A program made the translations under genes and the position numbers. Of a stretch of DNA of 64,000 nt, positions 56,341 through 64,000 are shown one piece after another. This DNA comes from Christensenellaceae bacterium (lineage in GTDB: Bacteria > Bacillota > Clostridia > Christensenellales > UMGS416): the NCBI GenBank assembly GCA_963677605.2, contig CAXXDX010000003.1, forward strand, positions 34,962 to 98,961, given 5' to 3'. Under the pieces are notes generated by a model. It saw nothing but the letters and a program-made list of their open reading frames with translations, was not told the DNA's origin and did no database searches. The first letter of the stretch is position 1, and every line of letters begins with the position of its first letter.

Positions 56341-58645
56341 ATGAAAATACGACAAAGCAGTTATCTTACAATTCTTCTTATATCTTATATAGCTATTTTG
56401 CTTATATCCTTATTTAGCGGGATATTTGATTACTTATCATCTAAAAAAATTATGGAAGATGAAGTATTTAGATCTAATTCTGCAATTTTGAAACAAGCAT
56501 GCACATATATTGATACAGTATTGGAACAGGAAGAACTGCTTCTTATAGATATTGGGTTGAATACCAAGATTAATTCATTTATAAATGTAAAAGAGCCAAT
56601 CAGCGAATCCGAGCAATATGACTTGTACAATCTTATTAAAGATATGTCGATATATAAAAATAAGTATCCTTATATAAGCGAGTACTACATATATTTTGAA
56701 AATACAGATAGAGTAGTAACGTCATCATCGGTGTATAATTCAAAAATGTTTTATGAATATATTTATGGATATGAAGAATTCTCTTACGATGAATGGAAAA
56801 CCGATATTCTGAGTGGATATCATGAAAACACATTTATCTTACCTATGGAAATGAAACAGAAACCTAATGGTAAATACATAACATATGTAAGGTCATTGCC
56901 GATTTATCTTAAACAAAACATTAAAGCTACATTGGTTGTACTGGTAGATGAGCAGGTGCTTATATCTTTGCTAGGTGACTTAAAATGGTTAAATAACGGT
57001 ATTGTATATATAGTTGATAATAATGGTGAAATAATTACTTCAAGCACTTCGGAAATCCAGTTTGACAATTTGACGGAATTGCAGCTTGATGGTGATGAAG
57101 GGTACTCTGTAATAAAAACAGATATGGGAAATATGGCATTAAGCTATGTATCATCTGAACAGCATGGGTGGAAATATGTTTCATTAATGCCTTTGGAAAT
57201 TTACATGGAAAAAGTATTTAAAAACAACCACAATAATTAATATAGCAGCAAGTTTAGGAATAGGATTGATAATGGCAATACTTTTTGCTTACAGAAACTA
57301 TTCTCCCATTAAAAAAACTATGAAAATGATATCGCTCAGGTCTTCTGAGGGAAATGAAAATAAAACAAATGAATTTGATTATATCCAAAAAACAATGTCA
57401 CAAACATTAGAGGAAGATAGAAAGATTCATTTAATGTTGGAAGAGCAAAAACCTATCATTAGAGATAATTTGATTCAAAGGCTTATTAAACGAAAATTCA
57501 ATATGCAGCAGGAATCATATGTCAGTACAATAAGCTCCTTTGGGATAAATTTCCCATTCAACTCGTTTGTAGTTGCTGTTTTCGAATTTGATAGCCAGCA
57601 AATAATATCGGCTGGATACAGCGAAGAAAAATGGACTTTTTGTAAGTTAGAGATAATTGAATATCTGATAAAAGCATTTTCAAGCAATGATATGCAAACT
57701 TATGTTACTGAAATTGAGGGCAACATAAGTCTTCTTATTAACATACCAAATAATACTAACAATCAAATTGGGAAAATAAAATTATTGTCAAACAAAGCAT
57801 TGCTGTTTATAGGAGATTTGATAGAAGCGCAATGTATGGTGGGCATAGGCTCAATTTATGATTCAATTTCAGGAATTAATAAATCCTATAAAGAAGCTAT
57901 GAAATCTTTAGATTACAGAATATTTAAAGAATATGGACCGGTTATTTTCTGTGATGATATGGTGGAATTTGATCAAAGTTATTCATTTTCTATAAAAACA
58001 GAACAGCAGCTAGCGAATTATATAAAGGCCGGAGAGTTTGAAAATGCAATGCAGTCAATTGAGTTTATTTTTAAAGAGAATATCGAAAACAGAAAACTAT
58101 CTCCTGATACGTTGAAACTATTATTTTATGAAATAGTCGGAACCATTGTAAAGGTAATCGTTAATGATATGAAACTTGATTATAGCACGGTATTTAGCCA
58201 AGGCTTTAATCCTTCTACTTGTCTTGCGGATTGTTCTACAACTGAAGATATCAAGCTTAAATTTTATAATATTCTAAATACTTTATGTGCATATATTAAT
58301 AATAACAAAAAAAGCCATAATACGATACTTACAAGCAATATGATTGAATATATAAAAAAGGAGTACCACAATCCTGAATTGTGTCTTCAAAGTATTGCAT
58401 CGGAGTTCAGTATTACAGTTCCTTATCTTTCGAGGTTTTTCAAGGAGCAAACGGGTTGCAATTTGAATAAATACATAAATGATATGAGGATAGAAGAAGC
58501 GAAAAAGCTGCTTAAAACGAATAATATTACCATAAGTGAAATAGCTAAAAATGTTGGTTTTAATAGCGATTCATCTTTTATCAGAGTGTTTAAGAAAGTC
58601 TGTGGAGTTACGCCGAGTTCATTTAAACAAAATGAGATCAATTAA
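56341..58645 (+). pseudogene. Membrane-anchored AraC-type sugar-sensor regulator split by a 1-nt frameshift (or assembly error)
   Basis: 56341-57240 encodes TM1 plus an extracytoplasmic sensor-like domain. The +1 frame is open from 57188 and encodes TM2 (TTTIINIAASLGIGLIMAILFAY), a cytoplasmic region and a C-terminal AraC HTH (LSRFFKEQTG...GFNSDSSFIRVFKK). The two frames join if one A is removed from the A5 run at 57220-57224, giving about 767 aa. Confidence 0.75.
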
Positions 58646-58657
58646 GAGAATATCAGA

Positions 58658-58691
58658 ATGCAGCTTATATAAATAGCTGCATTTGATTTTT
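58658..58691 (+). terminator. Rho-independent terminator after the regulator gene
   Basis: 8-bp stem ATGCAGCT / AGCTGCAT with 9-nt loop, followed by TTGATTTTTT. Confidence 0.65.
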
Positions 58692-59027
58692 TAAAAATAA
58701 TAAATAAAACTTCTAGATGCTTTTCAAATAAGATCATTTAGAAGTTCTTTGTTTAATATCACAAATTTGTGTTTTTATATAATGGAAAAGCATAAAATCC
58801 ATAATGCAATTTTCGATACTGTAATATGGAATCAATACCTATATTTAGGGTATATATTAATTATTGTTGAAATAGTATAAAAAAACAACGCTTTATTTGC
58901 GCTTTTTTATCAATTTGTATAAAGAAAAATTAAATTTTGCAAATATACAAGATGATTATATGATGCTAACATAGACCACAGAATCGATTCGAAAATCAAA
59001 AGCAAGACAAGAAGGAGGACGTATTTC

Positions 59028-60713
59028 ATGAAGAAAACTTTGGCAATAATACTATGTCTGATTATGGTGCTTGGAGTAATGTCGGCTTGTTCTGATAAAG
59101 AAGAACCTGCGGCTACATCCGAAACTAAGACAGAAGCCAAAACACAATCAGAAGAAACTACAGAGCCAGCTGCAGATGAGGACGAAGGTCCTATTACTGA
59201 ACTAACTCTTCCGCTGACTGAAGAATCTGTGAAACTTACAATGTGGGCAGGACTTTCCTCAAGAGCGGCTGCATCCATTAAAAATTATGGAGAAATGCTT
59301 GCATATCAGGAACTTCAAAATAGAACTGGAATAGAAATCGAGTTTATTCATCCGCCTGTAGGTCAAGAAAAGGAGCAGTTTAACCTTATGCTTGCCTCAA
59401 GTGAATTAACTGATCTTATACATTACAGTTGGGCAACTGATTATGTAGGCGGCCCGGAAAAAGCAATATCTGATGGGGTTATTTTAGAGCTGAGTGATTA
59501 TATGAATAATTATTCACCTAATTTCACACAGATTGTAAATGATAATTCTCAGGTTGCAAAAGATGCTGTTACTGATAATGGATATTTCTATATGTACCCA
59601 TTGCTTAGACTTGATCCAGCTAGCCGTGTAAGCGGAGGTTTCCAGATTAGAAAAGACTGGCTTGATAAAGTTGGCATGGATATACCTACTAATATGGATG
59701 AGTGGTATGAAGTTCTTACTGCTTTTAAAGGAAGCGATCTTAACGGCAACGGCGAAGATGATGAGATTCCTTTTATTGCAACAATGATCGGTCCTGTAAA
59801 CGGTGTTCAAAGATTTACTACAGCATGGGGAATCGGATATAGCTATTATGTTGAAGATGGCGAAGTTAAATTCGGACCTGCTCAGCCTGAATATAAAGAA
59901 TATCTTGAGACTATGAGAAAATGGTATCAGGAAGGTCTTATTGATCCTGACTTCTTAAACACTGACCGCAAAACACATGATGCGAAGGTAACATCAGAAG
60001 TTGCTGGCTCATACTATGGCCTATTGAACTCTTATATGGGTAACTACACTGGTATTTTAATGGAACAAAACCCAGAAGCACAGTTAGTGGAAGTTCCTGC
60101 ACCAGTTTCACCGGATGGAAAACAATACAATTTTAAAAATGATGAATGCAGTCCTGTTGCAAATGAAGGTATAGCAATTACTAGCATGAACGAATATCCT
60201 GAACTTTCAGCTCAGCTGTTGGATTATTATTACAGCGAAGACGGAAGAATACTGCTTAACCTTGGTATTGAAGGAACAACGTTCACAATGGTAGACGGTA
60301 AACCTCAATACACAGAAATGATAACTGCAAATGAAGATGGATTATCAATTGACCGTGCAGCAGCTAAATATATGCCTGTTGGAACTGCGGCCAGACTCTA
60401 TCAGGATCAAAGATACTGGGATCAAATGATGAAGTATGATAATCAGCGCAGTGCAATGGCAATTCTTGCACAGGCATCAACAGAAAAAACTCTTCCGCCA
60501 ATAACACCGACACCGGAAGAAGCTACTACTCTTTCCTCGATTCAGAATGAAATTGATACTTATGTAAATGAAATGTTTGCTAGATTCATTATGGGTCAGG
60601 ATGACATCAGTGAATTTGATAACTATATAAGTACTCTTGAATCATTGAATTTAGCTGAAGCTCTCGATATTAATCAGAAAGCACTTGAACGCTATTATAA
60701 CAGAGGAAACTAA
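59028..60713 (+). CDS. Large lipoprotein solute-binding protein (LplA-like) of a sugar ABC transporter
   Basis: Lipobox VMSAC, E/T-rich linker, 561 aa. RBS gaaggagga. Confidence 0.85.
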   Translation: MKKTLAIILCLIMVLGVMSACSDKEEPAATSETKTEAKTQSEETTEPAADEDEGPITELTLPLTEESVKLTMWAGLSSRAAASIKNYGEMLAYQELQNRTGIEIEFIHPPVGQEKEQFNLMLASSELTDLIHYSWATDYVGGPEKAISDGVILELSDYMNNYSPNFTQIVNDNSQVAKDAVTDNGYFYMYPLLRLDPASRVSGGFQIRKDWLDKVGMDIPTNMDEWYEVLTAFKGSDLNGNGEDDEIPFIATMIGPVNGVQRFTTAWGIGYSYYVEDGEVKFGPAQPEYKEYLETMRKWYQEGLIDPDFLNTDRKTHDAKVTSEVAGSYYGLLNSYMGNYTGILMEQNPEAQLVEVPAPVSPDGKQYNFKNDECSPVANEGIAITSMNEYPELSAQLLDYYYSEDGRILLNLGIEGTTFTMVDGKPQYTEMITANEDGLSIDRAAAKYMPVGTAARLYQDQRYWDQMMKYDNQRSAMAILAQASTEKTLPPITPTPEEATTLSSIQNEIDTYVNEMFARFIMGQDDISEFDNYISTLESLNLAEALDINQKALERYYNRGN

Positions 60714-60739
60714 AAATAATTAAGAATTAAACTGATACA

Positions 60740-60824
60740 ATACGGCAGTTTATATAATTGGGGATTTATTCAAACTGTATAGGGAAAAATGAAGCATTTT
60801 AACCCAAGTAAAAAACTGCCGTAT
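60740..60824 (+). other. Long-range intercistronic stem between the SBP and permease genes
   Basis: 12-bp perfect pairing ATACGGCAGTTT (60740-60751) with AAACTGCCGTAT (60813-60824). It encloses about 60 nt with a possible inner TTGGG/CCCAA helix. Confidence 0.45.
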
Positions 60825-60892
60825 AACTTTATAAAAACGAGGATTTAGATAAATATATCAAAGTCACGTAAAAGTAGGAGGAGAGGAAATAT

Positions 60893-61849
60893 ATGACCTC
60901 GCAAATCAATACAACTACAAAAAAAGGTTATCGCAAAAGAAATATTATTCAAGAATATACTAGTGACCTTTCAAGAAATAAAATAGTATATTTGATGTTA
61001 TTGCCTGTTTTAATCTATTTTGTGGTTTTTAAATATATCCCTCTATACGGAATTCAGATTGCATTTAAAAACTTTACACCATTTATAGGTATAACAAAGA
61101 GTCCGTGGATAGGGTTAAAATATTTTACTGACTTTTTTGGAAGCTATTATTTTGGAAGACTTTTAAGGAATACTCTTCTTTTAAATGTATATGATATAGT
61201 TTTTGGGTTTCCTGCTCCAATTATATTGGCTTTGCTTTTAAACGAAATAAAAAATAATGTTTTTAAAAGAACCATACAGACAGTAACATATTTGCCACAC
61301 TTCATTTCTATGGTTGTAATATGCGGAATGATACTTGATTTTTTTAGCAGAGACGGAGTTATAAATAATATACTCAATATTATAGGGATAGAGAGTATTC
61401 CCTTTATGCTCGAATCCGTATGGTTTAGGCCTGTATATATACTTACAAATATATGGCAGCAGGTTGGGTGGGGTTCTATAATCTATCTCGCAGCTCTAAC
61501 GGGAATAAATCCACAGCTTTATGAAGCTGCAACTATTGATGGCGCAAACCGTTTTAAGCAGCTCTTGCATGTTACGATTCCAGGAATTATTCCAACAATA
61601 ATAATAATGCTTATTCTTAGAACGGGCACAATCATGACTGTTGGGTTTGAAAAAATCTTATTGCTTTACAATTCAAGCACATACGAGACTGCAGATGTTA
61701 TTTCTACTTTTGTATACAGGAAAGGTATTTTAGAAGCAAATTACAGCTATAGTACGGCAATTGATTTGTTTAATTCAGTTATTAACTTTGCTTTGCTTTT
61801 TAGTGTTAATAAAATAAGTCGCAGAATCTCTGAAACAAGTTTGTGGTAA
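60893..61849 (+). CDS. Carbohydrate ABC transporter permease (LplB-like)
   Basis: EAATIDGANRFKQLLHVTIPGIIP EAA loop. Alignable with 4447-5367. RBS aggaggag. Confidence 0.9.
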   Translation: MTSQINTTTKKGYRKRNIIQEYTSDLSRNKIVYLMLLPVLIYFVVFKYIPLYGIQIAFKNFTPFIGITKSPWIGLKYFTDFFGSYYFGRLLRNTLLLNVYDIVFGFPAPIILALLLNEIKNNVFKRTIQTVTYLPHFISMVVICGMILDFFSRDGVINNILNIIGIESIPFMLESVWFRPVYILTNIWQQVGWGSIIYLAALTGINPQLYEAATIDGANRFKQLLHVTIPGIIPTIIIMLILRTGTIMTVGFEKILLLYNSSTYETADVISTFVYRKGILEANYSYSTAIDLFNSVINFALLFSVNKISRRISETSLW

Positions 61850-61861
61850 GGAAGTGTTAAT

Positions 61862-62752
61862 ATGAACAAAAAAAGACTTAGCATAGGCGATAAAACTTTT
61901 AATGTTTTTAATGCGTCTTTAATGATAATTTTAATAGTTATCACATTATATCCAATATGGTACATAGCTGTGGCATCTCTAAGCCAACCGAGCTTACTAA
62001 TAAAACACAGAGGATTATTATTCTTCCCGCTTGGGAAAATAAACTTTGATGCATATTATGCAGTAATATTTAAAGATCCGATGGTATTAATCAGCTATAA
62101 GAATACATTCATTTATGTTATATCAGGCACATTTATAAGTATTGTATTGACTTCTTTGGGCGCATTCGGACTTTCCAGAAAAAATGTTAAGTTAGCTACG
62201 CCGATTATGTTCTTAATTACATTTACAATGCTTTTTCATGGAGGACTGATACCGCTGTTTCTGTTAGTAAACAACATTAATATGGATAATACAAGATGGG
62301 CGGTTATAATACCAAACGCAATAAGTGTCTACAATCTAATAATTATGCGAACAAGCTTTAAAGCCATACCGGACAGCTTAGAAGAATCTGCAAAGATAGA
62401 CGGGGCAAATGACTTTGTTGTGTTTATTAAAATTATTCTCCCTCTTTCAAAAGCTGTTATGGCTGTAATGATTCTGTTTTATAGTGTAGCAATATGGAAC
62501 GCGTGGTTCTGGGCTATGGTGTTTTTGAGACAGCGCGAGCTGTTCCCGCTGCAACTTATACTTAGGGAGATACTTATTACAAACAGTATAGAAAACATGA
62601 CAACTGGAGTAGCTTCAGCAGATACAGAGTCTGTAGGTATATCAATACAGTATGCAACGATAATTGTCTCTGTGCTTCCAATTCTTTTAGTTTATCCATT
62701 TGCACAAAAATATTTTGTTAAAGGCGTAATGATAGGGGCAATCAAAGGATAA
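61862..62752 (+). CDS. Carbohydrate ABC transporter permease (LplC-like)
   Basis: ESAKIDGANDFVVFIKIILPL EAA loop. C-terminal FVKGVMIGAIKG is nearly identical to the C-terminus of 5364-6302 (FIKGIMIGAVKG). Confidence 0.9.
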   Translation: MNKKRLSIGDKTFNVFNASLMIILIVITLYPIWYIAVASLSQPSLLIKHRGLLFFPLGKINFDAYYAVIFKDPMVLISYKNTFIYVISGTFISIVLTSLGAFGLSRKNVKLATPIMFLITFTMLFHGGLIPLFLLVNNINMDNTRWAVIIPNAISVYNLIIMRTSFKAIPDSLEESAKIDGANDFVVFIKIILPLSKAVMAVMILFYSVAIWNAWFWAMVFLRQRELFPLQLILREILITNSIENMTTGVASADTESVGISIQYATIIVSVLPILLVYPFAQKYFVKGVMIGAIKG

Positions 62753-62807
62753 ATCAATCCATAAGAAAATTAAATAAGTGATTTGAACATATAGGAGGTT
62801 TCAATAA

Positions 62808-63905
62808 ATGAAAACCAAAACTCCCCGAGAACGAGTTCTGGCAGCTATTGCACACAAAAAAACAGACCGAATCCCTATGGATTACTGTACAAGAACTGAT
62901 GTTAAACATAACCTTGTGAAGTATTTTGGGCTTGCAAATGAAGAAGAACTATATCAGAAACTTGGTGTTGATATCAGAAGGCTGTCAGTAAGAGAAAACC
63001 ATGAAGAATTCAAAAATAGAGCTAATGGTGTGCTTGGAGGCAATTCGGAAAAAAGCGGTGCTAATTATATATTTTATGAAGATGGTTCATACGAAAATGC
63101 CTGGGGAATTATTCACAGACCATCAGCAGATGGGCTATACGATGAATGGGTTAGCGGTCCGTTTATGAACACAACAGACTTGGATTCATTCAATTGGCCG
63201 GATTTGGATGTTTTGGAATCTGTAGAAAGCATGAAAGAACGAATAGATGTTTATGAAGGAAAGTATGCTACTATAGCAACTTTAAATTATCCGTTTAAAG
63301 TATGTTGGCAAATGAGGGGATTGGAGAATTTCTTATGCGACATGCTCATTGAAAAGGAATTTGCAAAAGATCTTCTTGAAAAAGCAGCATTTTATGAAAC
63401 TGAAAAAGGAATAAGAATGCTTAAAGCTGGAGTTGATATATTATCTTTTTCGGGTGATATAGCAATGCAGGATCGGATGATGGTTAATGTCCAGGCATGG
63501 AGAGAGCTGGACAAACCGATTTTCGAAAGAATGATAAAAAAATTCAGAAGCATCAGACCAGACATTCTTATTTATTATCACAGCGATGGGAATATGGAGG
63601 AAGTTATTCCTGATTTAATTGAAATTGGTGTTGATATTATAAATCCAATACAGCCGGAAAGCATGGATGTGGCAGAAATAAAGAGAAAGTATGGAAAAGA
63701 TGTAACTCTTCACGGAACAATTTCAATACAGGAAACACTGCCAAAAGGAACATTAAAGGATGTCAGAGAAGAAGTAATGCACAGGATTGAACATTGCAGC
63801 GAGGATGGTGGACTCATATTAGCACCGGCCAACCATGTTCAAAGAGATACCCCGCTGGAAAATATTATTGAAATCTACAGGGCATCAGGTTCATTTAAGG
63901 AATAA
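62808..63905 (+). CDS. Uroporphyrinogen decarboxylase (URO-D) family protein, second copy, function unknown
   Basis: 365 aa. N-terminal PRERVLAAIAHKKTDRIPMDY typical of URO-D/MtaA-like proteins. FSGDIAMQD, YYHSDGN and INPIQPESMD motifs. RBS aggagg. Confidence 0.75.
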   Translation: MKTKTPRERVLAAIAHKKTDRIPMDYCTRTDVKHNLVKYFGLANEEELYQKLGVDIRRLSVRENHEEFKNRANGVLGGNSEKSGANYIFYEDGSYENAWGIIHRPSADGLYDEWVSGPFMNTTDLDSFNWPDLDVLESVESMKERIDVYEGKYATIATLNYPFKVCWQMRGLENFLCDMLIEKEFAKDLLEKAAFYETEKGIRMLKAGVDILSFSGDIAMQDRMMVNVQAWRELDKPIFERMIKKFRSIRPDILIYYHSDGNMEEVIPDLIEIGVDIINPIQPESMDVAEIKRKYGKDVTLHGTISIQETLPKGTLKDVREEVMHRIEHCSEDGGLILAPANHVQRDTPLENIIEIYRASGSFKE

Positions 63906-63971
63906 TATCTTTATTTGACGCCTTGTAAAAATATGAAAATATAAAAAACTAACTATAACAGGAGGAAATAA

Positions 63972-64000
63972 GTGGATAAATTATTTTCAAAAATCTATGG
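63972..64000 (+). CDS. Possible start of a further gene, 3'-truncated by the window edge
   Basis: GTG 63972 lies 5 nt after aggagga, and the open frame runs to the window end. Only 9 codons are visible, so no product call. Confidence 0.3.

Noticed and set aside
57214-57226. Programmed -1 ribosomal frameshifting at the T TTA AAA AC-like sequence in the split regulator gene
   Set aside because: The downstream frame is +1 relative to the upstream frame, not -1. No downstream pseudoknot or hairpin is evident. A single-base insertion in the A5 homopolymer explains the split more simply.
1-64000. Searched by eye for defence systems, toxin-antitoxin pairs, CRISPR arrays, prophage genes, integrases or transposases, tRNA and rRNA genes
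   Set aside because: No ORF resembles nucleases, ATPase/helicase defence modules, recombinases or phage structural proteins. No spacer-repeat arrays are present and no tRNA-like T-loop contexts were seen. The window looks like metabolic and transport accessory DNA rather than a mobile or immunity island.

Overview
AT-rich, low-GC Firmicutes/Clostridia-like chromosomal segment, densely coding and almost entirely on the + strand. All family calls come from motif and architecture recognition by eye. No database search was possible, and start codons were chosen by RBS inspection. Four parts are visible. (i) 1-16.4 kb is an arabinofuranoside utilisation locus: a 5'-partial large SBP, two GH51 alpha-L-arabinofuranosidases, two GH127/DUF1680-type putative beta-L-arabinofuranosidases, an unassigned clan-GH-A-like hydrolase, an MDR Zn-dehydrogenase, an LplABC-type sugar ABC importer and a small 8-Cys protein. 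(ii) 16.5-17.7 kb is a decay zone holding a multiply disrupted D-lyxose/D-mannose isomerase pseudogene. (iii) 17.8-55.7 kb is a paralog-rich island of ester hydrolases plus transporters. It holds four paralogous MFS transporters plus a fifth unrelated one, two MATE exporters (one translationally coupled to a MarR gene), a CocE/NonD hydrolase and two tandem type-B carboxylesterases. It also holds two esterase-D-like paralogs, an MBL-fold hydrolase, two Opp/Dpp-type ABC systems (one without any SBP), a second Zn-dehydrogenase, a URO-D-family protein, a CBS protein and a GntR/FCD regulator. The island ends with a divergent AraC regulator next to a 667-aa putative alpha/beta hydrolase and an MFS gene. 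(iv) 56.3-64 kb is a second LplABC-type sugar ABC locus. Its membrane-anchored AraC-type regulator is split by a 1-nt frameshift in an A5 run, and it carries a second URO-D-family gene. I found no rRNA, tRNA, CRISPR array, transposase, integrase, prophage or recognisable defence or toxin-antitoxin genes. The most interesting signal is regulatory: an ~82-nt promoter/operator cassette is reused almost verbatim in front of two unrelated transporter genes. In addition, a 10-bp palindrome TGATATATCA sits just downstream of predicted -10 boxes of several operons of the island, suggesting one undescribed local regulon for uptake, hydrolysis and export of ester-type (possibly plant hydroxycinnamate or xenobiotic) substrates. 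The substrate and regulator assignments are inference only.
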